From positions 768,001 to 832,000 of the forward strand of contig OZ219791.1 of the NCBI GenBank assembly GCA_964291215.2: 64,000 bases of DNA, given 5' to 3'. Below, in pieces: positions 41,666 to 51,514 of this stretch. The notes beneath the pieces were generated by a model. That model saw only the letters and a list, made by a program, of their open reading frames with translations, was not told where the DNA came from and ran no database searches. Position 1 is the first letter of the stretch. Every line of letters begins with the position of its first letter. A program made the position numbers and the translations under genes. Origin of the DNA: Alphaproteobacteria bacterium (lineage in GTDB: Bacteria; Pseudomonadota; Alphaproteobacteria; MPNO01; UBA830).

Positions 41666-43183
41666 TCAGGTCTCCTTCGCACGGATGGGTGCTGCGAGAG
41701 CCCGCTCGCGGGCTGCGGCATGATCGACAATCGGTGCGGGGTAGGTCTCGCCCAGGGTGCCGCCGCTGGCGGCAAGCCGGTCGGGAGGCGCCGTCCAAGG
41801 TTTGTGAATCCACCGGTCCGGGAGGGCGGCGATCTCGGGAATCCAGCGGCGCACATAGGCGCCTTCGGGATCGAATTTCTGTCCCTGCACGACCGGGTTG
41901 AAGATACGATGGTACGGGGCTGCGTCCGCTCCCGAACCGGCGACCCACTGCCAGTTTCCGGGGTTGTTCGCCGGATCCGCGTCGACCAGCATGTCCCAGA
42001 ACCAGGCCTCGCCCTCGCGCCAGTCAATGAGCAGGTGCTTGACCAGGAAGGATGCGGCCACCATACGGGCGCGGTTGTGCATCCAGCATGTATGCCGGAG
42101 TTCCCGCATGCCGGCATCGACCATCGGGTAGCCGGTCAGGCCCCGCCGCCAGGCATCTAGGCCGTGCGGATCGGAACGCCACGGAAACGAATCGAACCGG
42201 CCGCGCCAGTTCCGGGTCGCGATCTCCGGCCAATGAAACATCAGGTGATGGTTGAATTCGCGCCATGCGAGTTCGCGCAGGAACGCTTCGGCCGCCTTGG
42301 CGTGGGGCCCCGAACATATCCGAAGGGCCGCTGTCGCGCGCCACACCTCGGCCGGAGCGATCTCGCCCCAATGCAGATGCGGCGAAAGCCTCGAGGTGCC
42401 GATTCGGTCGGGGCGATCGCGGTCGTCGGGATAGGAGATCAACCCGTTGGCCAGGAACTGCCCGAGGCGCGCATGCGCCGCCGCTTCGCCGGGCGTCCAG
42501 GTTTCCGCAAGCCCGGCTGTCCGGTCCGGTGGCGAGGCAAGCAGTCCGAGATCGTCGAGCCTGCCGTCCTCGATGCCGTCAAGCGGCCTGATCGCGGTTA
42601 CTGCGCGCGTCGCCGGCGGCGGCCGGTACATCTTTCGCAGGCAATTCCAGAAGGGTGTGAAGACGCGGTACGGGGTGCCTGCGCCAGTGAGTACTGCGCC
42701 GGGTTCCGTCAGGAGGAAGCTGTTGAAGGTCCGGACTTCGACGCCGTCTGACGCGAGTGCGGTTTCGAGGGCAGCATCCTTGGCGGCCACTGCCGGTTCC
42801 GGGCTGCGGTTCCAGAACACTGTCCGTGCGCCGGTCTCGCGGGCGAGCTTCCTGATGGCCGCCGGCCCGCGCCGTAGCACGAGGCTGGTGCCTGCTGCCC
42901 GGAGGTCGTCGCCGAGCGCACGGAGGCTGTGATGCAGCCACCAGCGCGAGGCGCCGCCGGGCGGTCGGCCGCCGTCTCCGTCGAGAACGAACAGCGGGAT
43001 CACCGGCGCACCGGAGGTGGTGGCGGCCGTCAGCGCCGGATTGTCGCGCAGCCTCAGATCCCGGCGGAACCGGACGATGGCCGCGTTTCGGGAACCGATC
43101 TCTGCTACTCCTTCTTCGTGGACTGCTGCTTTACCGTTTTCGGCGACAGCCGTCACGCTCGGGAACGAAATTCCGGAGCGCAC
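41666..43183 (-). CDS. phrB: Deoxyribodipyrimidine (CPD) photolyase, possibly decaying
   Basis: FRRDLRLRDNPAL, TSRLSPHLHWGEI, TGYPMVDAGMR, WQWVAGSGADAAPY; start uncertain. Confidence 0.9.
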   Translation of the reverse strand: MRSGISFPSVTAVAENGKAAVHEEGVAEIGSRNAAIVRFRRDLRLRDNPALTAATTSGAPVIPLFVLDGDGGRPPGGASRWWLHHSLRALGDDLRAAGTSLVLRRGPAAIRKLARETGARTVFWNRSPEPAVAAKDAALETALASDGVEVRTFNSFLLTEPGAVLTGAGTPYRVFTPFWNCLRKMYRPPPATRAVTAIRPLDGIEDGRLDDLGLLASPPDRTAGLAETWTPGEAAAHARLGQFLANGLISYPDDRDRPDRIGTSRLSPHLHWGEIAPAEVWRATAALRICSGPHAKAAEAFLRELAWREFNHHLMFHWPEIATRNWRGRFDSFPWRSDPHGLDAWRRGLTGYPMVDAGMRELRHTCWMHNRARMVAASFLVKHLLIDWREGEAWFWDMLVDADPANNPGNWQWVAGSGADAAPYHRIFNPVVQGQKFDPEGAYVRRWIPEIAALPDRWIHKPWTAPPDRLAASGGTLGETYPAPIVDHAAARERALAAPIRAKET

Positions 43184-43222
43184 GGGCGCGAAGGCGAGGG
43201 GTCGCCGTTCAGCCGACGGCGA

Positions 43223-43783
43223 TCAGTCCTGTTCCAGCTCGCTGTCCCAGTAGAGGAAATCCCGCCAGCTCTCGTGCAGGTAATTCGGCGGGAACGCCCG
43301 TCCGTTCCGCTGCAATGCATGATTAGTCGGCTCGCGCGGCGGCGGCGACGGGACCATCCCGCATTCCTGCGGCATGCGGTCTCCCTTGAGAAGGTTGCAG
43401 TCCGAACACGCGGTGACGACGTTGGTCCAGGCGGTCTGACCGCCGCGCGACTTCGGGATGACATGGTCGAAGGTCAACTCCGAGGTTGACGGCGCGTCGC
43501 CGCAATACAGGCAAGCGAACCGGTCGCGCAGGAACACGTTGAAACGGGTGAAGGCCGGGCGTCGCGACAGCGGCACGTAACGTTTGAGCGCAATGACGCT
43601 CGGAAGGCGCATGGCGCAACTCGGCGAGCGGATCTCGCGTTCGTATTCCGAGACGATGTTCACGCGTCCGAGGAACACGGCCTTCACTGCATCCTGCCAG
43701 CACCACAGCGACAGGGGGAAGTAGCTCAGCGGCCGGAAATCGGCGTTGAGGACCAATGCAGGACAATCTTGCGCCGCAGACAT
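43223..43783 (-). CDS. HNH endonuclease (conserved McrA-like type)
   Basis: ALVLNADFRPLSYFPLS, RDRFACLYCG, DHVIPKSRGG, CSDCNLLKG. Confidence 0.92.
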   Translation of the reverse strand: MSAAQDCPALVLNADFRPLSYFPLSLWCWQDAVKAVFLGRVNIVSEYEREIRSPSCAMRLPSVIALKRYVPLSRRPAFTRFNVFLRDRFACLYCGDAPSTSELTFDHVIPKSRGGQTAWTNVVTACSDCNLLKGDRMPQECGMVPSPPPREPTNHALQRNGRAFPPNYLHESWRDFLYWDSELEQD

Positions 43784-44370
43784 CGTTCCGGCTGTCCCCA
43801 AGCACTTTCGGCGGGAAGTGCCCGCCACAACAGGCAGATTATCCCGAACTCCGGCGACAGGCAATGCGGCCACGCACAGTTTCCGGGCACAATGCGTTCT
43901 CTGCATGCGCGCCGGCTGTTCGGGCGAGCGGGTGTTGCGGCGTCTCGACGGCGACGGTCGCGCCGAAGAAAATCCTGCCGTCATCGGAATACTGCCCGCT
44001 CACACGCAGGCGCAAACTTCCGTGCAGCATGCGTCTTGTCCGGGAGTCGGCTCGGACGGCCACGGTGCGGATTGCTGCGAACATTGGCTGCAATCCGGCG
44101 ATCAGTAACCGTTCCAGTCTGAGGACACTGCCGAGCTCGACATGACCGGCGCGGGCTTCACCCTCAAAACACGTTGGCGGCCCCATAGCAGACCTGAACG
44201 GCTGGCAGTCGCCGAAGCATTGGTCTGTATGCGTTCTTGAAGGGGGGTAACTGCTCACCCCCTGGTTCCGGCTTGATGTCGGGGTAGAGCAACGAACGGG
44301 TTTTCGTGGAGATTTGACACTGCATGCCGATTCGTTTAGTGGTGGTAATCGAGAACGACGGGGACCGCCA

Positions 44371-44499
44371 GTGAACTACTTTGGATCGAAGGCGACGAGC
44401 GGGCTGTGCCAGCTGCTTCCGGGGCTCCAGCCTCCGCATGATCTGTATGTGGAAACGCATCTCGGAGGCGGCGCGCTGATGAAGCGCAAGGCCGGGTGA
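44371..44499 (+). pseudogene. N-terminal fragment of a D12-class DNA adenine methyltransferase inside IS66
   Basis: MNYFGSKATSGLCQLLPGLQPPHDLYVETHLGGGALMKRK, a Dam-type motif X / motif I region (Y.GSK..PPH..YVE...GGG). Confidence 0.7.
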
Positions 44500-45432
44500 T
44501 GGCGACGGTCAACGCGGCGCGCGAGGAGTTCGAAGCGGCCAAGACCGCGGCGCTGCCGGCAAGGTGCCGAAAGAGGCCGTGATCCGCGTCTTCGTCATCC
44601 TGCTCGACATCCTCATCGTCGTCCTTCTGGAGAAAACCACGCACGAGCCGGAACTCCGGTCTGCCGCCGTCACAGACGGACGAGAGCGTGCCGGAAGCAA
44701 GGGCCCGAAGCCGAACCAGCAGATGGGCGACAACCTGCCATCGTCGAGGAGACGGTCGCGGCCTGCGACGCCTGCGGCGCCGACGGCCCCGTCGAGCGCC
44801 GCACGACATCGTGTTCGAGGTCGTCGAGCGCCGCGCCGAGATCAAGGAATGCCCGAAGTGCAAGGCCCGGTTCCCCGACAACATCCCGTGCAGTACGGCA
44901 TCCAGGCCCTTGTCCCTGCTGGTCGCCCGGATGCTGTCCCTGCGCCGTCGCGCTCGTGCAGGCGATATCAAGCTCTCCGAGGCCTCGGCCATGCTTTCAC
45001 GATGCGTCATGGGAGGAGGCCGCCGTGGCGCACCTCCTGCAACGCCCGATGTCGACGATTTCGGATCAACAGCAAGTGGCTCCATGTCGTCGGGACGTGC
45101 AAGTTCCCGCACCGCAAGCAAGAGATCGGCCCGTGCTACAAGGGCGTCCTGGGCCTCGTACATGGCAGTGTAGCCACCAGCGGCAGCCACCTGCTGCGCG
45201 AACTGACCTTTGTCGTCGAGGCTGCCGCGCGACTGATGAAGAGCCTGCTCCCTGCCACAAGGTCAACAAGAGCGCATCCAAAACCCTGAACGACGCCGGG
45301 CGCAAGCGCTACCGCACCATCAGGGCGCCAGGGAACTGCCCGACATCCCGCCGAAAGGAAAACGCATCGCAAACGCGCACAACCTGCACGAACGTCTCGT
45401 GAAACACGAAAACCTGCGCTTCACAGACGACC

Positions 45433-47130
45433 ATCGCGGTAGGGAACCGGGTTACCCCCCGCACAGAACCGGACGTGCGCTGTTCGCATCCGGCTCCTCC
45501 CCTGACGACAAGGCGCTGGTTTGGCCACGGGTGGCGGATGCTGGCTCAGTGGGCAGCGGTGAGGGTGTCTATGTCCCCGGTGAAGTCCTTTTGGGAGCGT
45601 CGCCGAAGGGCACGCAGCTGTTTGCATTGGTGTATGAACTTCTGCAGGCTGCTTCCTGGAACGGCGTAGTAGCAGCCGTTGATAACTCACCACTTGGCCG
45701 TTTCGTGCCGGTTATCGTGCCACCGCCTGCGCAAGGCCTCCTTGATCCGCCGCAGGGTGCGGCGGATCCGTTTGCGAGATGGTTTGCGACCGACCCTGAA
45801 CCTGCCTTTCCTCGTCTGTTCGCAGAAGTGCGTCATGCCGAGGAAGTCGAACGTCTTGCCCACGCTTCCGGCGGTTTGCTCTGGCAAACCGACCGAACTC
45901 GATGATTTTCCGGGTGCAGTTCAAGTGGGCCAGTCTCTCCCCAAGGTCTCAGCGCCGCGCGTCGCCCAGACGCTGAAAGCCGCACACGAAGTCATCCGCA
46001 TAGCGGACAATGATCGTGTCGCCTCCAGCCATCCGCTTGCGCCAGTGGTTCTGGAACCAGTCGCACGTAGTGCAGGTAGACGTTCGCAAGGCATGGCGAT
46101 ACAATCGCCCCTTGCGGTGTTCCCTTGCCCGTATCCGACCAGTCGGTCCCTTCCATGACGCCGGCGTTCAGCCACTTGATGATCAGACCCCCCGATCCGT
46201 TTCCCGAGCATCGCGACCAGATGGTCGCGGTCGAGATTGTCGAAGAACCCACGGATGTCGGCGTCAACGATCCAGTTGACCTTCCGCCGTTCCACCGTGA
46301 CGGCATCGAGCGCATGATGCGCCCTGGCCGGAAGCCGTAACTAAACCCGAGGAACTCCGTCTCGTAGAGCGGCACCAGAATCACACCGCCCGCTGAAGAA
46401 TCTTGTCCTCCAGCGAGGCAATGCCAAGCGGTCGTTGCCCTCCATCCTCCTTGGGTATGTAAACCCCGGAGGCGCCCGGTACGCACCCCTGTGCACACGG
46501 GCGTGCAGGCAGTTCCACACCCTCCGCATACGCTTGCCACACAACGCCGTCCACGCCCGCCGCCGCGTCCTTCCTCAAGGAATGGAACGCATCGTGCAGA
46601 GTGTCGACCGTCACGTGGTGGAGTAAAGACGCTCTTCCGGGTTCCTCTTCGCTACCTGCGTTCAGCCGCCTGTGACCCCCGCTTCTGCGCGCGGCGCGGG
46701 CTTTGGCCAACCGCATTGCCCTTCCCTCCAGCAACTCCGCAGGCTCCGAAGAACCCTTGTTCGCCGCCTTCAACGGTACTATGGCCGAATCTGACTTCTC
46801 GTTCATCATCGGTTTACGGATTAGTTCCTTTCCTCTGCGGCCCCTCCACGACAGAGGGGCAATTGGAAGACCTCCCAGGTCCCTGCTTCGGCGCGTGCCA
46901 TGGTTCTCGGACCCCGCGGAGCCCCCCTCACCAACGCGGCTCGTTGCCTTCGGCCACGACCTCGGCACTCCGGTTTCAAAGCATCTCGTGGCTCAATAGC
47001 CTGCCGCTCCCCAACGCTTCGCCTGGCGCCTCACGACGCCCGACGCATGGTTCACGGAGAAAGTGGTGGTTAGCCTCTCTTCCTACCGGGACTTGCACCT
47101 GGCCACATTCCACCAGTTAGCCTGGCGCAC
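45433..47130 (-). mobile_element. Group II intron (RT-encoding, degraded), antisense in IS66 tnpC
   Basis: 5' end GTGCGCCAGG; domain V GAGCCGGATGCG..CGCACGTCCGGTTC; 3' end CCCTACCGCGAT; removal restores tnpC codons D-D-P-D-V-S-F. Confidence 0.92.
45500..46730 (-). pseudogene. Group II intron reverse transcriptase/maturase, many frameshifts; boundaries approximate
   Basis: YIPKEDGGQRPLGIASLEDKILQRA, FLGFSYGFRPGR, DADIRGFFD, GTPQGAIVSPCLANVYLHYV, YADD, FDFLGMTH in shifting frames; no endonuclease domain seen. Confidence 0.88.
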
Positions 47131-47385
47131 CCGATGTCAGCTTCACCAACAATGCCGGAGAACAGAAGATCAGGATGGCAAAGGTCAGGGTATCCGGATG
47201 CTTCCGCTCCACGCAAAAGCATGGTGCCGGGGCTCAAGCTACCCCACCTCCATGGCCGCACTCGGCTACAACCCACTCGTCGCCACCCAGATCGCCCTCG
47301 ACGGAAAAGCCGCAGACATCATCAACGAGCACCACGACCAATCAGAACCCAACTAGGAGTGAGTAGATACGAAGGGGGATCAATT

Positions 47386-47970
47386 ATGCCGATCACCGCC
47401 GATTTAACGATTCGCGAAACCGCGGCTCTGTCGGGGTTTTCGAAGATAACCGTGGCAAAGTCCCTGGAAGTAGGCATTTTGTGCGCTGTAGATGCTCCGG
47501 CCCGCCTTCGCGGCGGGGCGACACGCTACCTCCCAATTCGTGCCGTGGCCTATTTCAGCTCCCTCAAGGCCGCCAGTCTCACTGACTTTCTCATGCGCCA
47601 CAAGCGGGTTATCCGGGAGCATCTGGTTAGCCTTGAGCTTCTACGCCTTGAAGTGATCGAATTCGCGCGCGGTACGGTGCTCGACCTGAAGTACCTGGCC
47701 GCAGACTCGCTGTGCGAAGGCGAGCGCTACCGCGAAGCCCGGAAGCGCTACATCACCTCCGATGCGGACATTCTGGGAGGCACGCCGGTAATCAGGGGAA
47801 CCCGCCTGACGGTCTATGCGATCTTGGCACGGCTGCAGGGCGGCGATACCGTCGACGATCTCGAAGCGGACTACCCGGAGCTGCCTCGCGAGGCGTTCAT
47901 GGCCGCCGCACTCTACGCCCATCCGCTTCTGGGACGTCCGTCGGGCAGGCCTTGGCGAAACGTCGCCTGA
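47386..47970 (+). CDS. DUF433-domain antitoxin-like protein
   Basis: YITSDADILGGTPVIRGTRLTV..LQGGDTVDDLEADYPEL; RBS lies within the IS66 TSD. Confidence 0.85.
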   Translation: MPITADLTIRETAALSGFSKITVAKSLEVGILCAVDAPARLRGGATRYLPIRAVAYFSSLKAASLTDFLMRHKRVIREHLVSLELLRLEVIEFARGTVLDLKYLAADSLCEGERYREARKRYITSDADILGGTPVIRGTRLTVYAILARLQGGDTVDDLEADYPELPREAFMAAALYAHPLLGRPSGRPWRNVA

Positions 47971-48112
47971 ATTCCGACCCCCAACGGGCACATGCGCCTG
48001 CTTCTTGACGAGTGCCTGTTGCCGAGTATCGGTCAAGTACTTATGCCCGGGGCTTGCATGTCGCCATGAATCCGCGGGATTTCGGTGGTCTGGGTGCGTC
48101 GGACCACGTGGT

Positions 48113-49362
48113 CACATCCATCCCATGCTAATCACCTGAATCTAAAGTTCGTGGCATAAGTTTTGTTCGACGCGGAGACAGAAGCGCTTGACGGCGGCGA
48201 GGATTTCGTCGGCTGATTTGGTCCACTTGAAGGGCTTGGGATTTTCGTTGTGGGTTGAAGGCCCGAATGTCGGTTTCGAGTTGCAAGGTCGAGCGGCCAC
48301 GTTGCAACTGCTTGCGGGTCAGTTCGGCGAACCAGCGCTCGACCTGCACGAGGCGGATGTCGGCGTGAAGTGGACGTGCCAGTGCGGCCGCCGCGCCAGC
48401 CAGACCGCGGCGGTTTTGTGGGTGGCGTAGTTGTCCATGACGATGTCGAGGCCGTCCGGGACATTGCAGTCGATCACCTTGAGGAAGTCGAGGAACTCCT
48501 TGGCCCGGTGGCGTCTGTTGCCGATGACCGCGCCGGTGGCGATGTCGAGCGCAGCGAACAGCGAGGTCGTTCCGTTGCGCTTGTAGTCATGGGTGCGCCG
48601 CTCAGGGATGCCGGGCAGGACCGGCTGGGTGCGGGCCTGGCTCTTTTCGTCGACGCCCAGCGCGCGATCCGGCGGCGAGAGGCCGACGATGTGCGGACCT
48701 TATCGACGAAGTGCGGATCACGGGAGAGCTTGAACGTCTCGGCCCGTTGCGGCTGCAGGCGCCCCAGATGCGCCAGATCGACGTCAGCCCCGCCTCCTTC
48801 GCCATCGAGCGCAGCGACCAGTGGGTCGCGGGCGTCGAGGTGAGCGTGCGCTCGATCACTTCCGCCACCTTCTCGTCCGCGATGCTCCGCGGGCGTCTCG
48901 GCTCAGCCCCTCGATGCGGTCCTTGACAAAGCGCCTGCGCCACTTGCCGACGGTGTGCACGCCGATCTCTGCGGCCACCGCCTTGTTGCCAAGCCCGTCC
49001 GCGCAACGCAGGATTATGCGGCCGACAGCGAGCGCGCCACACGGTGGCGGCGAACCTGCGCCTCCAGATACGACCGATCACTCAAGACCAGCACCGCCAA
49101 GGGCCGTCCCGTGGCATCGCCATGACCTCCGTGTTCACACTCCGACCGCCATCATACAATCATACTTACTTCAGTTCCAGATGACTAATTCGGAGACGCG
49201 AAATCCGAATGTGTTGGGGTTCGGCTCATCACAGATCGCCTCCTTGATCGCAATTTTCGTGTCAAGAAGGCCCCATCGAGTCTTGGGAACGCGATTGCAG
49301 CGCGACGCAAACTGGAAAAATCTCGCCAGTCGTCGCTGGATTGGCAGCGTGGGATCATCGTG
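48113..49362 (-). mobile_element. MITE family A copy 4, split by IS630 (48113-48130 + 49188-49362)
   Basis: 9-bp TSD CCACGTGGT / CCACGAGGT; rejoined length 193 bp. Confidence 0.85.
48131..49185 (-). mobile_element. IS630-family element, degraded transposase
   Basis: TA duplication; TIRs ATCACCTGAATCTAAAG / GTCATCTGGAACTGAAG; [32 protein letters not shown]. Confidence 0.92.
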
Positions 49363-49692
49363 CCACGAGGTCCTGGAACGATGCGTGGAGATGGACCATG
49401 TGCTGGTAGCGGAGACTGCCAAGGACTTTCGTGCGCTGGTTGTCGTGCAGGATGTGCACCACGGCTTGATCGTGCTGTCGTGCGTCGGCCAAGCGCACTC
49501 GGAGAAATTGCCGAGCGCTGCGATCGATTTTCTTGTCCGACAGGACGACTCGATGGGCATCATGGTGAACCATGTTCTTGAAGTATTCACAGACGCGGAT
49601 ATGACGCTGTATCCGTTGCCAACGCGCGAGTAGCAGGCGACTTGCGCGATGCTGTCCACTCCCTTGTAACTTGAAGGAACGGGGGCTGGAGC

Positions 49693-49884
49693 CACGGCGA
49701 TCCCATGCTGATTCCGAAACGCGAAATCCGAGTGCGTTGGGGCTCGCGTCATCACAGGTTGCCCCTTGATCGCAATTTTTCGCGCCGAGAAGGTCTCATT
49801 GAGTCTTGGCGGCACGATTGCAGCGCGACGCAGACCGAAAAATCTCGCCGGTCGCCGCTGGATTAGCAGCGTGGGATCGTCGTG
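49693..49884 (-). mobile_element. MITE family A (192 bp), copy 5
   Basis: TIRs intact; 10-bp TSD GGGCTGGAGC. Confidence 0.93.
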
Positions 49885-50096
49885 GGGCTGGAGCGCCCGA
49901 TCCGCGTCGCCGCGACGCGATGCGGGCGCAGTCTCGGGCCTGATCCGCTCAATGATGGCGAAGGCCTCTCCGGCGGCGGCAACGCCCGAATCCCGGGTTG
50001 TCGCTCGAAGGAGACGGAAATTTGGCCTCGGTCGCGGCGACTGAAAGACCGCGCATCGATTGGTTTGCCGCGCCTGTCTGCCGCCGTCGCGGCCCT

Positions 50097-50759
50097 TCAG
50101 CTGCCGAGGACGCGCGTCGCGAACTCGAGGCCGATCCCGATCCCCTCTTCGTCGATGCCGTGTCCGAGTCGGGGTCGGACATGCATGTCGGTGGCGACGC
50201 CGCACTGGCGCAGTATTGCCGCCGCCTTTTCCGTTTCGGAGACGTGGACCAGGGGGTCGTCGGCTCCATGCACGAGGGTGATCGGCGGTTTCGAGCGGAT
50301 TTCGTCGGCGAGCAGATCAGCCCCTTCCAAGCGTCCCGAATAGCCGAGTATGCCCGCGACCGCCGTTGCGCGCCGCGGTCCGACGAACAGCGACATCATC
50401 GTGCCTTGCGAGAACCCGACGAGGAGAAGGTTCTCCTCGCCGAGATCATGCGCCGCCAGCTGGCCAGTAATGAAATCGTCGAGAATCGCGGCGGCCGACC
50501 GGATCTCCGCGAGGCGCTCGGCCCGGCCCTGCTGCCACACGTCGTACCACTGGAAGCCGAAGGGCTGGGCGGCACAGCGTGCAGGAGCGTTGGGCGCCAC
50601 GAATGCGGCGTCCGGGACGACGGACGCAAAGGTCTGGCTCAGCGAGATCAGATCGTTGCCGTCGGCGCCGTAGCCGTGCAGGAACATGACGAGGTGGCGG
50701 GCGGTGCCGCCCGAAGCCGGTCCTGCCTGGGGTCCCGCGAGTCGAACCTCTCCGTTCAC
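50097..50759 (-). CDS. Phospholipase/carboxylesterase (alpha/beta hydrolase)
   Basis: FLHGYGADGND, GFSQG, HGADD, GHGID. Confidence 0.92.
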   Translation of the reverse strand: MNGEVRLAGPQAGPASGGTARHLVMFLHGYGADGNDLISLSQTFASVVPDAAFVAPNAPARCAAQPFGFQWYDVWQQGRAERLAEIRSAAAILDDFITGQLAAHDLGEENLLLVGFSQGTMMSLFVGPRRATAVAGILGYSGRLEGADLLADEIRSKPPITLVHGADDPLVHVSETEKAAAILRQCGVATDMHVRPRLGHGIDEEGIGIGLEFATRVLGS

Positions 50760-50796
50760 CGGACTCGCCCTTCCGGCCTGATGGCTGACCTTGCGT

Positions 50797-51435
50797 TCAT
50801 TCTGCGTTTCCCTTCCTTGTCCGGACGGTGTTGAGGTAATGATGCCAAAGGATGCGCGCCGCAACGCTTCGCCACGGCCGCCAGGCTTCGCCGATCCCGG
50901 TCAGTTCGGCCGGGCCGGGGCGTGCGTCCAGCTCCTTTACGTCCTTCGCGGCGGCCTGGAGCGCGATGTCGCCGACCGGCCAGACATCGGGCCGCATCAG
51001 GCATGTCAGCAAGTAGACATCCGCGGTCCACGAGCCTATGCCCTTGATGCGCGTGAGTTCGCTGCGCACGTCGTCGTCTATCTTGCGGCCGAGGCGGTCG
51101 ATGCGAAGCGAACGGTCGAGAACGCTGTCTCCCAGATGGCGGATATAGCGGGTTTTCTGGCGGCTGACGCCGGCCGCCCGGAACTCCTGGTCCGACAGCT
51201 GTCCGACCCGTTCCGGTGTCAGGGATCCGGCAGTGGCGGTGAGACGCCGATAGGCTGCTTGCGCCGAACTCAGCGAGACCTGCTGTTCGAGAATCAGCAG
51301 GACCAGCGTCGCGTAGCCACCGGTTCGGCGCCACATCTTCGGGCGGCCGAACCGGCTGACGATCGCGCCGAGATCGGCATCCCGTTCGGCAAGCGTCGCG
51401 ACTGCGTCGTTGAAAGTCTTGTTGGTCAGGCGCAC
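50797..51435 (-). CDS. DNA-3-methyladenine glycosylase (AlkA/HhH-GPD family)
   Basis: ILEQQVS, IKGIGSWTAD, WPVGD, WRPWRS. Confidence 0.9.
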   Translation of the reverse strand: MRLTNKTFNDAVATLAERDADLGAIVSRFGRPKMWRRTGGYATLVLLILEQQVSLSSAQAAYRRLTATAGSLTPERVGQLSDQEFRAAGVSRQKTRYIRHLGDSVLDRSLRIDRLGRKIDDDVRSELTRIKGIGSWTADVYLLTCLMRPDVWPVGDIALQAAAKDVKELDARPGPAELTGIGEAWRPWRSVAARILWHHYLNTVRTRKGNAE

Positions 51436-51514
51436 AATCGCTTCGCCGTCCTGCGATCAACATCGAAATCGTCGTGTTTCTGCTGATCGGACCTTATCCC
51501 ACACGCGTGTCGCC

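Larger units (their letters stand above)
44247..47370 (+). mobile_element. IS66-family element (single-TnpC, ISBst12-like), degraded, with Dam-like passenger and group II intron
   Basis: TIRs GTAACTGCTCACCC / GTATCTACTCACTC; perfect 8-bp TSD GAAGGGGG (44239-46, 47371-78); TnpC fragments NSGLPPS, CPKC, WLHV, LRFTDD|PDVSFTNNAGEQKIRMAK..SGCFRS. Confidence 0.9.
47992..49633 (+). pseudogene. DUF5615 PIN-like toxin, frameshifted and split by a MITE and IS630
   Basis: MRLLLDECL..RDFGGLGASDH|HEVLERCVEMDHVLVAETAKDFRAL..HHGLIVL; the halves join at the MITE TSD. Confidence 0.82.

Noticed and set aside
43784-44238. Possible gene or IS-end remnant (GTAACCGTTC near 44105)
   Set aside because: No partner TIR, TSD or recognisable protein motif.
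43223-44499. HNH plus Dam fragment as a restriction-modification pair
   Set aside because: The HNH gene is the conserved type usually found near alkA/gluQ; the methylase fragment lies inside the IS66 TIR and is truncated.
45433-47130. RT as retron, DGR or defence RT
   Set aside because: The GTGCG 5' end, domain V/VI, maturase region and precise exon rejoining identify a group II intron; no template/variable repeat pair or msr-msd seen.
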